Assembly: GCA_040905425.1 (NCBI GenBank) | Contig: JBBDRO010000110.1 | Coordinates: forward strand, 1 to 15,682 | From: Gemmatimonadota bacterium | Lineage (GTDB): Bacteria > Gemmatimonadota > Gemmatimonadetes > Longimicrobiales > RSA9 | Direction: 5' to 3' | Length of the DNA stretch: 15,682 nt | In this document: piece after piece, positions 7,386 through 15,682 of the stretch | Position numbering within the stretch: position 1 is the first letter of the stretch | How the letters are laid out: each line of letters begins with the position of its first letter | Translations under genes and position numbers: made by a program | Notes under the pieces: generated by a model | Databases searched by the model: none | The model's input: the letters and a program-made list of their open reading frames with translations, nothing else | What the model was told of the DNA's origin: nothing

Positions 7386-9878
7386 ATGACACGCCTCATC
7401 CCGGGCGCCGCCGCGGCCGCCCACGCCGGCCGGCACACCCTGGTCACCCTCACCGGCCGGGCCGCCCTGGTCACGCTGGCCGCGCTCGCCGGCCTGGCCA
7501 CCCTGGCCGCGCCCGCCCTGGCCCAGCAGGCCGCCACCGCCGAGCCGCCCGCCGCCGAGGGGTCCGCCTTCGAGCTCAGCGTGGCCAACATCATGCGCGG
7601 CCCGGAGCACGTGGGCAGCGGCCCGGCCGGCGTGCAGTTCACCGCCGACAGCCGCTGGATCTACTTCCGCTGGACGCCCGGCGGTCAGGCCTGGGACGCC
7701 TCCTCGAGCAGCTGGCGCGTGCCCGCCGAGGGCGGCACACCGGAGGAGTTGAGTCCGGAGGCCGCCGACTCGGCCGCCATCCTGCTGGCCAACGGCCCGC
7801 TGGGCCCGGACGGCTACACCCGCGCCGTCTCGGTGGGCGGGGACCTCTACTTCGTGGACACCCGGGACGGCACGCACCGCCGCCTCACGGAGACACGCGC
7901 CTTCGAGGGCAGCCCCGTCTGGGGCCCGGAAGGGCGCACGCTCTACTACACCTCGGGTGACGACGTCTACGCCTTCGACGCCCGCGGCGGCACCATCCGC
8001 CAGGTGACGGACGTGCGCACGGGACCGGATCCAAGGTCGGCGGAGGAACGCGAGCCGGAAGGGCAGAAGGGCTTCCTCGTGCAGCAGCAGCGCGAGCTCT
8101 TCGAGCACATCCGCCGGTCCGTGGAACGGCGCGAGGAGCGCCAGGCCGAGGCCCGTGCCCGGGCAGAGGCCGAGCCCAAGCAGCCGACCTACCTGGAGCG
8201 CGACGAGCAACTCGGCAACCTGCAGATCGAGCCGCACGGCCGCTACGCGCTCATCTCCACGCGCCGCTCCGGCGGTGGGGGCCCAACCACCTCGGTGGAC
8301 ATGCCGCAGTGGATCACGGAGAGCGGCTACACGGAAACGCGCAGCATCCGCTCCAAGGTGGGGGACACGGGCGGCGGCGCGGACGGCCGCCTGGGTGTGC
8401 TGGACCTGGCCAGCGGCGCGGTGCGCTGGGTGGACGTGGCGGCGCACGTGCTCCCCGCGGGCGCCGAGGAGCGTGACGTGGGCGCCCGCTTCGCCGGCTG
8501 GAATGACGCCGGCACGCACGCCCTCATCAGCGTGAGCGCCGATGACTTCAAGGACGGCTGGCTGCTCACCATGGACGCGGGCACCGGCGCGCTCACCACC
8601 GTGGCGCACGAGAATCAGGAGGCCTGGGTGGCGGGGCCGTGCTCCATCACCGGCTGCAACGGCTGGCTGCCGGCGTCCGGCACGCTCTACTACACGAGTG
8701 AAAAGGACGGCTTCAACCACCTCTACACGGTGGGCGCCGACGGCACGGGCGAGCGGCAGCTCACCCGCGGCCCGTGGGAGATCCACCGCGTCTGGATCCC
8801 CGAGGGCGCCGACCGCTTCTACCTGCAGACCAACGAGGGCACCCCGCACCAGCAGCACGTGTGGACCATGGCCTTCGACGGCAGCAGGAAGACGCAGCTC
8901 ACGGACATGGTGGGCCAGCAGTCGGTGACCGTGTCCCCGGACCGGCGCCGGCTGGCCATCGTGCACTCCGAGGCCAACCGCCCCGAGGAGCTGTACGTGG
9001 CCGCGAACGAGGCACCGGCGCGCGTGACGCGCGTGACGACGTCGCCTACGGAAGCATGGCTTTCCTTCCCGTGGCAGAAGCCGGAGATCATCCAGTTCCG
9101 CGCCGGCGACGGCGTGATGGTGCCCGCCCGCATTTACCGGCCGGAGGACCTGAGCGCCCAGCCCAACGGCGCGGCGGTGCTCTTCGTGCACGGCGCCGGC
9201 TACCTGCAGAACGTGCACGAGTGGTGGTCCACCTACTACCGCGAGTACATGTTCCACCACCTGCTGGCGGCGCGTGGCTACATCGTGGTGGACGTGGACT
9301 ACCGTGGCTCACAGGGCTATGGCGCCGAGTGGCGCACGGCCATCTACCGGCACATGGGCGGGCGCGACCTGCAGGACTTCGTGGACGCCTCGCGCTGGCT
9401 GAACGCGGAGCACGGCATCGATCCCGAGCGCATCGGCATTTACGGCGGCAGCTACGGCGGCTTCATCACGCTCATGGCGCTCTTCAACGAGCCCGAGCAC
9501 TTCGGCGCCGGCGCCGCGCTCCGCTCCGTGACCGACTGGGCGCACTACAACCACGGCTACACGGGCCGTATCCTGAACCTGCCGCAGGATGACACCCTGT
9601 CCTACAAGCAGTCCTCGCCCATCTACTTTGCCGAGGGGCTGGAGGACCCGCTGCTCATCGCGCACGGCATGGTGGACAGCAACGTCCACTTCTCGGACGT
9701 GGTGCGCCTGGCGCAGCGCCTCATCGAGCTGGGCAAGGAGGACTGGGAGATGGCCGTCTACCCCGTGGAGGGGCACGGCTTCAGCGAGCCCGCCTCGTGG
9801 ACGGACGAGTACCGCCGCATCCTGGAACTCTTCGACAGGGCGCTGCACCCGGGTGGCCGGGCGGCCGACGGCGGCTGA
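7386..9878 (+). CDS. Exported S9 family serine peptidase (prolyl oligopeptidase / dipeptidyl peptidase IV-like)
   Basis: N-terminal propeller region and a C-terminal alpha/beta-hydrolase domain: FVHGAG, DYRGSQGYG, nucleophile GGSYGG, Asp in HGMVDSNV, His in EGHGF. Signal peptide ending PALA|QQ. Confidence 0.95.
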   Translation: MTRLIPGAAAAAHAGRHTLVTLTGRAALVTLAALAGLATLAAPALAQQAATAEPPAAEGSAFELSVANIMRGPEHVGSGPAGVQFTADSRWIYFRWTPGGQAWDASSSSWRVPAEGGTPEELSPEAADSAAILLANGPLGPDGYTRAVSVGGDLYFVDTRDGTHRRLTETRAFEGSPVWGPEGRTLYYTSGDDVYAFDARGGTIRQVTDVRTGPDPRSAEEREPEGQKGFLVQQQRELFEHIRRSVERREERQAEARARAEAEPKQPTYLERDEQLGNLQIEPHGRYALISTRRSGGGGPTTSVDMPQWITESGYTETRSIRSKVGDTGGGADGRLGVLDLASGAVRWVDVAAHVLPAGAEERDVGARFAGWNDAGTHALISVSADDFKDGWLLTMDAGTGALTTVAHENQEAWVAGPCSITGCNGWLPASGTLYYTSEKDGFNHLYTVGADGTGERQLTRGPWEIHRVWIPEGADRFYLQTNEGTPHQQHVWTMAFDGSRKTQLTDMVGQQSVTVSPDRRRLAIVHSEANRPEELYVAANEAPARVTRVTTSPTEAWLSFPWQKPEIIQFRAGDGVMVPARIYRPEDLSAQPNGAAVLFVHGAGYLQNVHEWWSTYYREYMFHHLLAARGYIVVDVDYRGSQGYGAEWRTAIYRHMGGRDLQDFVDASRWLNAEHGIDPERIGIYGGSYGGFITLMALFNEPEHFGAGAALRSVTDWAHYNHGYTGRILNLPQDDTLSYKQSSPIYFAEGLEDPLLIAHGMVDSNVHFSDVVRLAQRLIELGKEDWEMAVYPVEGHGFSEPASWTDEYRRILELFDRALHPGGRAADGG
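7425..7505 (+). repeat. Three degenerate 27-bp tandem repeats in the signal-peptide coding region
   Basis: gccggccggcacaccctggtcaccctc / accggccgggccgccctggtcacgctg / gccgcgctcgccggcctggccaccctg, encoding AGRHTLVTL, TGRAALVTL and AALAGLATL. Confidence 0.55.
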
Positions 9879-9913
9879 GTCCGTAAGCGACGGCGCCGCG
9901 CACGCGCCACGTG

Positions 9914-9951
9914 AAAAGCCCGCCCGGCAAACAGCGCCGGGCGGGCTTTCT
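9914..9951. terminator. Bidirectional intrinsic terminator between convergent genes
   Basis: Perfect 14-bp inverted repeat AAAGCCCGCCCGGC (9915-9928) / GCCGGGCGGGCTTT (9936-9949) with a 7-nt loop and short A and T tracts on the two sides. Confidence 0.85.
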
Positions 9952-9971
9952 CGTGTCTCGGCGGACGCGTC

Positions 9972-10628
9972 CTACTCCGTGCCGCGGCTCCGCATGAGGG
10001 CCACGTGCCGCTTGCTCTCCCCCGTGAGCACCATGTCGGCGTAGCCGTTGTCCGGGTTCCGGCCGCGCTTCAGCAGGCCGTCCACCGTGCCGGGGCCGCG
10101 GTTGTACGCGGTGAGCGCCAGGCGCTCGTCACCCTGGTACTTGTCCATCAGGTAGCGCAGGTACTTGAAGCCCACCTGCAGGTTGGTCTTGGGCTCGAAG
10201 AGCGCGCTCCGCGTGGTGCCGGGCACCAGCCAGCGGGCGGTGGACGGCAGCAGCTGTGTGAGCCCCACGGCGCCGGCGTAGGAGACCGCCGTGCGGCGGA
10301 AGCTGGACTCCGCGCGCACCAGCCCGAAGGCCACGTGCGGTTCGATGTCCTCGGCCACGGCCGCGTCGTGCACCTGGAAGGCCAGGTCCAGCGGAATCTG
10401 GAAGGTGGCGGCATACTCCAGCGCCAGGCCCTGCCGCTGACGCTCCAGCACGCGCTCGCTCCAGAAGCGCGAGACGGTGTCCTCGGAGTAGTCCACGGTG
10501 TCCCCGGCGGGCGGGGCGCTGACGGACATGAAGGCCGCCGCGGGCGCGATGAGCGCCGTTCCTATGATCAACCGCGAAGCCGGACCACGGCGCGCGCGCA
10601 ACCAGTCGCGCGGGTCTCGTATCGGCAT
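9972..10628 (-). CDS. Lytic transglycosylase (SLT domain) protein
   Basis: SLT motifs RAESSF (catalytic Glu), GAVGLTQL, G..YL..L and ALTAYNRGPG. N-terminal hydrophobic segment. Start placed at the ATG at 10628, which has TGGAG 6 nt upstream; the ORF track start is 10700. Confidence 0.9.
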   Translation of the reverse strand: MPIRDPRDWLRARRGPASRLIIGTALIAPAAAFMSVSAPPAGDTVDYSEDTVSRFWSERVLERQRQGLALEYAATFQIPLDLAFQVHDAAVAEDIEPHVAFGLVRAESSFRRTAVSYAGAVGLTQLLPSTARWLVPGTTRSALFEPKTNLQVGFKYLRYLMDKYQGDERLALTAYNRGPGTVDGLLKRGRNPDNGYADMVLTGESKRHVALMRSRGTE

Positions 10629-10906
10629 GCGTATCTCCATCGTCGTCGATGTTGGCCGGGGCGCCAGAAACTGCGCGCCATGAGGCCTAAACCGTTGCAA
10701 ATAGCTAATGTAGGGTTACTTATGCACGAATTGAACCCGGCCATGATACACACCGGGTTCCAGGGAGTTTCCTATCTGGCGGATGGATTACCGAAGAAAG
10801 ACCGAAACTCGCTACGGCGCCATCAACATCATGGACCTGAGTGGATGGCAGCAGCTAGATTATCCTGAGTCCGGAATCCAGAACCTCCTCATCCGACAAA
10901 CAGACC

Positions 10907-13900
10907 ATGAGCGACGAAGCCATGCCTGCCCGCCTACAGCGGGAACCCCGCCGTTTTCCGCATCGGCTAGCCCTGCTGCCCCTGCTGGGCCTGTGCGTGG
11001 CGGTGGCCGCCTGTGATCGGGCCACGGCGCCCCCCCAGGCCGGCAGCCTCACCATCGTGAGTGCCAACGGCCCCGAAGGCGCCGTGGGAGAGACGGTGCC
11101 GCTTTCCGTGCGGGTGGCGGATGATGCCGGCAACCCGCTCGGTTCGTTCACCGTGGAATGGCGGGTCACGGCGGGTGGCGGCACGCTCGCAGCTTCCTCC
11201 ACGCAGACCGGTGCGGACGGCGTGGCAAGGGTGAACTGGGCGCTCGGGACCAGCCCTGGCACGAACCGGGCTACCGGTACTGCGAGTGGGGCCAGCCCGG
11301 TCACGTTCACCGTGCAGGCAGTCGCGGGGCCGCCCGTCAGCCTTGAGGTTCACGCCGGTAGTGGGCAGAGCGTCGCGGTCGGCACCGCCGTACCGACCGC
11401 ACCGGCCCTGCGCGTGGAGGACAGATTCGGCAATCCCGTTGCCGGCGTCAGCGTCACCTGTACGGTGGTCGGCGCGGGCGGCACGCTGGCGTCAGGCACC
11501 GCCACCACGAACGCGGCCGGCGTGGCCACCATGGGAAGCTGGCAGATCGGCACGGCCCTCGGCACCCACCAGCTGAGTTGCACCGCTCCGGGGATCGCGG
11601 CCGTGCTGGTGACGGCCACAGGCGTGCCCGGTCCGCCCGCCAGCATCACGGTACAGACCGGTAACCAGCAGAGCGCCACGGTGGGGACGGCCGTGCCCGT
11701 CGCCCCCTCAGTGCTGGTGCGGGACGCGCACGGCAACCCGGCCGCGGGCGGCGTGGTTACGTTCTCGGTGACCGAGGGGGCGGGCACCCTGACGGGCGCC
11801 ACGGCCACGGCAAACGCCTCCGGCGTGGCCACGCTGGGCGCGTGGACCCTCGGGGTCGTGGCGGGCCCGAATACGCTTCGGGTGAGCGCCGGCTCCGCGC
11901 CCCCTGTGAACATCACGGCCGTGGGATCCCCGGGCGCTCCCGCCAGCGCGACCATCGCCGCCGGCGACGCCCAGGAGGCCCCGGCCACTTCCGCTGTGCC
12001 GGTCGCGCCCAGCGTGCTGGTGGCGGACCAGTATGGCAACGGCGTGCCAGGCGTAGCTGTGGCTTTCGCGGTGGCCACCGGCGGCGGCACCGTCACGGGA
12101 GCCAACGCCACCACCGGCGCGGATGGTCGAGCAACCGTGGGCAGTTGGATTCTCGGCGCCGGCCTGGGCGCCAATACGCTCACCGCCACGGCGGCGGGCA
12201 TGGCGCCGCTCACGTTCACGGCCACGGCGCGTTCCGGACCGCCGGCGAGCATCGCTATCCACGCCGGCAACAATCAGACGGCAACCGTTGGCACGGCTGT
12301 GCCCTCGGCACCGGCCGTCCTCATTCGAGACGCAGCCGGCAACCCCGTTCCGGGAGCGGTGGTGACATTTTCCATCACGGCCGGCGGGGGTAGCCTGACG
12401 GGTGCGAACGCCGCTACCGACGCGGCCGGCGTGGCCACCCTCGGGAGTTGGGTCCTGGGCTTCACGGCGGGCGCCAACGCGCTGTCGGCCGCGGTTGCGG
12501 GTGTATCTCCGGTGACCATGAGCGCCACCGGCATCGCGGGCCCGGCGGCCAGCATGGCCGCGAGCGCGGGCAACAATCAGTCGGCTCCGGCGGGCAGTAC
12601 GTTGCCGATCGCGCCCGCGGTGATCGTTACTGACGCGTACGGCAATCCCGTGGCGGGTGTAGCGGTGACGTTTGCCGTGGCCAGCGGCGGGGGCACCATC
12701 ACCGGTGCCAATGCCACGACCAACGGCAACGGGGTGGCCGCCGCCGGTGCATGGCAGCTGGGCGCCGCCCTGGGCATGAATTCGGCTACCGCGGCGGCCA
12801 CCGGGCTGCCGACCGTCACGTTCCAGGCCGAGGGGCTTACCTCCTCCACCCTGAACCTGTCGGTGCAGGGTGTGCACCTGAACCAGGGCAACCAGACTGC
12901 GGGGGGCACCGTGGGGGGGATCGCCAACCGCGCGGGATTGCTGCGCGTGATGGTGCAGGCCAACGAGGCAAACGCCGCCAGCCCCGCGGTGCGCGTGCGC
13001 CTCTACCAGGGCGCGACCCTGCTGCGGGAGGAGACCCTGGCCGCTCCCGCAGCCGGCGTGCCCACCACGCCGAATCTGAACAATCTGAACGGCACCTGGA
13101 ATCTTGCGCTGAGCGCGGGGGAGGTAGTGGCGGGTCTGGCCGTGGAGGTCCTGGTGGACCCGGGCAATACCGTGGCCGAGAGCAGCGAGAGTGACAACGT
13201 GTTCCCGCCGGGCGGCGGTTCCGCATCCCTCGATGTGCAAGCGATCCCCGATCTGAACGTGGTGTTCATCCCGGTGGAAGCCACCGTACACGGGCTGACG
13301 GGCAACGTCAACGCCGCCAACATGGACAGCTTCCTGGACGAGACGTATCAGCGACTGCCCACCAGCTCCATCTCACCGACGCTGCACGCAGTGTTCACAA
13401 GTAGTCAGGATCTTGCGTCGCGAGAGGGTTGGTTGATCCTTGTGCTAGACATCCTAGGATTGCGGACGGCAGAAGGCGCCATAAACCAGTACTACCACGG
13501 CATAGTTCCGGCCTTCCAGGGTATGGCTCAGGGCGGCATCGCCTCCCTTGCCCACAGCCCCGCGGACCCCGTCCGTGTGGCCCTTTCGCACGACCTGTTC
13601 CCGTCCGCCCCCGGCACCGTGGCGCACGAGTTGGGGCACAATATGGGCCGTGCCCATGCGCCCTGCGGTAGTCCCGGCGGCCCGGACGCGGGCTATCCCC
13701 ATAGCGACGCGCGTATCGGGCCGCCGGGCTATGACGTGACGAGCGGCACGCTGATGAGCTCGGATGTCCTGCGCGATTACATGAGCTACTGCAACCCCAC
13801 GTGGACGAGCGATTACACGTTCGGCGCGATCGTGAACTGGCGCCGGGGTGACCCGCTCGCTAGTCCCGCGGAGGGGTACGCCGCCATGGCCGCGCCCACG

Positions 13901-14452
13901 ACCGGTGTGCTGGTCTGGGGCCGGATGAATTCCACGGACGCCACCTTGAATCCGGCCTTCGCGTTGAGGGCTCCGCCCGCCCTGCCCGATCGGGCGGGCC
14001 CCGACGTGCTGGTGGCCACCGACGGCAGCGGGGACGAAGTCTTCCGCTTCTCGTTCACGGCCGTCCCCGTGGCGGACGCGGCCGATCCGGAGGAGCGCCA
14101 TTTTGCCTTCCTCGTCCCGCTCGAGGGGTCCGAGATCGAGCGGCTTCATACCATCGAGCTGCGCACGGCGCGGCACACGGCCACGCAGGTCGCCTCCACC
14201 ATGGCGGCGGCACCGACGCTGGCCGGGGCGGAAGCGGATCTACGGCTGGAACCGAGGCCCGGAGAGCGCATGCGGCTGCGCTGGGACGCAGGCCGCTTTC
14301 CGATGGCAATGGTGCGTGACGCGGCCACCGGGCAAGTCCTCTCCTTTGCCCGTGGGGGTGACGCCCAGCTGGCCACTGGCGGCCGTGGCGCGGATGGCAT
14401 CCAAATCCTGCTATCGGACGGCGTTCGCACGCGGGCGGTGAGGCATGAGTAA
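10907..14452 (+). CDS. Large lipoprotein: six Big_1-like Ig repeats, metzincin (M66-like) zinc metallopeptidase domain and a C-terminal beta domain
   Basis: Lipobox VAVAA|C. Ig repeats with D..GNPV.G..V.F and G.A....W.LG motifs. Zinc motif HELGHNMGRAH (13625-13657) followed by APCG, and Met-turn DYMSYC. The start could be the ATG at 10922. Confidence 0.88.
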   Translation: MSDEAMPARLQREPRRFPHRLALLPLLGLCVAVAACDRATAPPQAGSLTIVSANGPEGAVGETVPLSVRVADDAGNPLGSFTVEWRVTAGGGTLAASSTQTGADGVARVNWALGTSPGTNRATGTASGASPVTFTVQAVAGPPVSLEVHAGSGQSVAVGTAVPTAPALRVEDRFGNPVAGVSVTCTVVGAGGTLASGTATTNAAGVATMGSWQIGTALGTHQLSCTAPGIAAVLVTATGVPGPPASITVQTGNQQSATVGTAVPVAPSVLVRDAHGNPAAGGVVTFSVTEGAGTLTGATATANASGVATLGAWTLGVVAGPNTLRVSAGSAPPVNITAVGSPGAPASATIAAGDAQEAPATSAVPVAPSVLVADQYGNGVPGVAVAFAVATGGGTVTGANATTGADGRATVGSWILGAGLGANTLTATAAGMAPLTFTATARSGPPASIAIHAGNNQTATVGTAVPSAPAVLIRDAAGNPVPGAVVTFSITAGGGSLTGANAATDAAGVATLGSWVLGFTAGANALSAAVAGVSPVTMSATGIAGPAASMAASAGNNQSAPAGSTLPIAPAVIVTDAYGNPVAGVAVTFAVASGGGTITGANATTNGNGVAAAGAWQLGAALGMNSATAAATGLPTVTFQAEGLTSSTLNLSVQGVHLNQGNQTAGGTVGGIANRAGLLRVMVQANEANAASPAVRVRLYQGATLLREETLAAPAAGVPTTPNLNNLNGTWNLALSAGEVVAGLAVEVLVDPGNTVAESSESDNVFPPGGGSASLDVQAIPDLNVVFIPVEATVHGLTGNVNAANMDSFLDETYQRLPTSSISPTLHAVFTSSQDLASREGWLILVLDILGLRTAEGAINQYYHGIVPAFQGMAQGGIASLAHSPADPVRVALSHDLFPSAPGTVAHELGHNMGRAHAPCGSPGGPDAGYPHSDARIGPPGYDVTSGTLMSSDVLRDYMSYCNPTWTSDYTFGAIVNWRRGDPLASPAEGYAAMAAPTTGVLVWGRMNSTDATLNPAFALRAPPALPDRAGPDVLVATDGSGDEVFRFSFTAVPVADAADPEERHFAFLVPLEGSEIERLHTIELRTARHTATQVASTMAAAPTLAGAEADLRLEPRPGERMRLRWDAGRFPMAMVRDAATGQVLSFARGGDAQLATGGRGADGIQILLSDGVRTRAVRHE
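11033..12844 (+). repeat. Six tandem Ig-like domain repeats with 303-bp period
   Basis: Repeats 2-6 begin at 11330, 11633, 11936, 12239 and 12542, exactly 303 bp (101 aa) apart. Repeat 1 is slightly shorter and more divergent, and its start is approximate. Confidence 0.9.
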
Positions 14453-15143
14453 TCTGGAATGGAGCGCGCCGCGGCGGGGGCTCCGCCCCATATGGATGCT
14501 CGCCTTGCTGCTCCCTGGCGCGTGCGGCTCGCTCGGCGGCCGGGATGAGTCGGCGCTTCCCGGTGGGGCCGATGCCGCCGCAACGGACGCACCCGCCCGG
14601 CTCCTGGTGCGCGGCAGGATCGCTCCCGACACCATCGTACTGGAGCCGCTGTTCATGCTCGACGGCGCGGGAGCAGTGGCAACGACGGGCGCGGCCCGTC
14701 ACCGGGTCCGAGGCTTCGATAGCGCGGGCGCGATCGTGTTTGATGAAACCTTCGAGGGGACGATGGTGGCCTCAGGCGGCGAGGAGCACTTTCAGCTCAC
14801 ACTGCCCACCGGCAGCGCGACGGCCGCCCGGATCCAGCGCGTCGAGGTGCGTGCCGCAGACGGGCGCACGGCCCGGCGCTCCTCGGAACTCACGGCGGGA
14901 CAGTTCATGGATGCGCTGGAACGTACCGATGTGGTCACCGCGACCCGGACCGGAGAAGGGGCCGTGCAGGTCCGCTGGGCCGCGGGGCGCTTTCCGGCCG
15001 TGATCGTTCGTGACGCCGTATCCGGACAGGTTCTGGCTTTTGGCCGTGACGGTCAGACCAGTGTGAGGACGGAGCGTGATTCGCTCGAAGTGTTGGTCTC
15101 CGACGGTGTGCGGAGTGGCTCACTCAGCGTGCGGGTGCGCTGA
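14445..15143 (+). CDS. Lipoprotein paralogous to the C-terminal domain of the upstream metallopeptidase
   Basis: Lipobox LLLPGA|C. 8-nt overlap (ATGAGTAA) with the upstream stop. Collinear similarity, e.g. VRWAAGRFPAVIVRDAVSGQVLAFGRDG versus LRWDAGRFPMAMVRDAATGQVLSFARGG. Confidence 0.85.
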   Translation: MSNLEWSAPRRGLRPIWMLALLLPGACGSLGGRDESALPGGADAAATDAPARLLVRGRIAPDTIVLEPLFMLDGAGAVATTGAARHRVRGFDSAGAIVFDETFEGTMVASGGEEHFQLTLPTGSATAARIQRVEVRAADGRTARRSSELTAGQFMDALERTDVVTATRTGEGAVQVRWAAGRFPAVIVRDAVSGQVLAFGRDGQTSVRTERDSLEVLVSDGVRSGSLSVRVR

Positions 15144-15217
15144 ACACGGATCGGCAGACCGGATGGCGCGCGGGGCACCATCCCTCCAGACTGGACAGCG
15201 CGCCCGGCCGGCGGGGC

Positions 15218-15577
15218 TCAGGTGGGGCCGATCACAACCTCACCTGTAGTGCCAGCCTCCAACTCGACGACGTACGGACCATAACTGCGCTGGCCCGACG
15301 TGGTCCGCCCGATGATCGACACCGACCGGCCGGACGCGCCCGCGATGACGAATTCCTCGGTGCCTCCCGCCGGCACGTTGCCGAGGGCGCGCTCAGCCTG
15401 GCCCTCCGCAAATGTGTAGAAGACATTGACCTCGCTCGTGGTGGCATTTCGCACTTCCACCCGGGAGACGGGGGACGGGTCGGTGCCGATGGAGACGGCC
15501 CGGGCGCAGCCCGCCACGATCGCGAGCAGGAACACGGCGGCTAGGCGGCCCCGCGCGCCAGGGCTCATCACGCGCAT
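15218..15577 (-). CDS. Small hypothetical lipoprotein (single beta-sandwich-like domain)
   Basis: Lipobox LAIVAG|C. Beta-rich body (VEVRNATTSEVNVFY, LGNVPAGGTEEF). ATG at 15577 has an AGGAG RBS; the ORF track start is 15604. Confidence 0.8.
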   Translation of the reverse strand: MRVMSPGARGRLAAVFLLAIVAGCARAVSIGTDPSPVSRVEVRNATTSEVNVFYTFAEGQAERALGNVPAGGTEEFVIAGASGRSVSIIGRTTSGQRSYGPYVVELEAGTTGEVVIGPT

Positions 15578-15600
15578 GGTGCTCCTGGCGCTCACGGCGC

Positions 15601-15682
15601 TCACTCGGAGAAGTTGAAGGTGGCGGCGGATGCCTCGTCCGGCGGGGCGCCCGTCATGAGCTCGATGAGCGCTTCCATCTCC
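15601..15682 (-). CDS. 3' end of a gene truncated by the window edge, product unknown
   Basis: Open frame ...EMEALIELMTGAPPDEASAATFNFSE* with GC-rich third positions, ending TGA at 15603-15601, 23 nt before the next start. Confidence 0.55.
   Translation of the reverse strand, partial: EMEALIELMTGAPPDEASAATFNFSE

Noticed and set aside
7029..9260. 743-aa antisense ORF and similar long ORFs (3113-4420, 5917-7323, 10005-10868, 11708-13291)
   Set aside because: They shadow well-supported genes on the opposite strand, as expected with high-GC codon bias, and show no recognisable domains.
10667..10681. Possible sigma-54 promoter (minus strand TGGCGCGCAGTTTCT) upstream of the SLT gene
   Set aside because: The -24 element fits, but the conserved -12 GC is absent (TTCT instead of TTGC).
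10783..11016. 77-aa ORF in the intergenic region
   Set aside because: Overlaps the protease start out of frame, has atypical codon usage and no recognisable motif.
11033..12844. Periodic repeats as a CRISPR array or mobile element
   Set aside because: They are degenerate in-frame protein domain repeats with no identical short repeat-spacer pattern.
15161..15183. Hairpin between the convergent lipoprotein genes as a terminator
   Set aside because: A 9-bp stem is possible on the minus strand, but there is no U-tract on either side.

Overview
High-GC bacterial DNA. The gene families and signal-peptide style suggest Gemmatimonadota, which is an inference only. The window is mostly envelope, secreted-protein and proteolysis genes. 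Minus strand, left part: a small Cys/His-rich exported protein coupled to a beta-propeller protein (both lower GC); an orphan response regulator whose output domain looks like an ECF-type sigma factor; and a two-gene operon of a CsgG/TolB_N-fold TPR protein plus a signal-peptide-bearing caspase-like (C14) protease. Plus strand: a SelW/Rdx-family selenoprotein that the ORF track missed (5910-6143; CxxU motif, in-frame TGA, SECIS-like hairpin), overlapping a group III 6-phosphofructokinase, then an S9 peptidase. The rest holds a bidirectional terminator, an SLT lytic transglycosylase (-), a 1181-aa lipoprotein with six Ig-like repeats and a metzincin domain, a coupled lipoprotein that is a stand-alone paralog of that protease's C-terminal domain, a small lipoprotein (-) and the 3' end of a truncated gene. 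No rRNA, tRNA, CRISPR array or mobile element was recognised.
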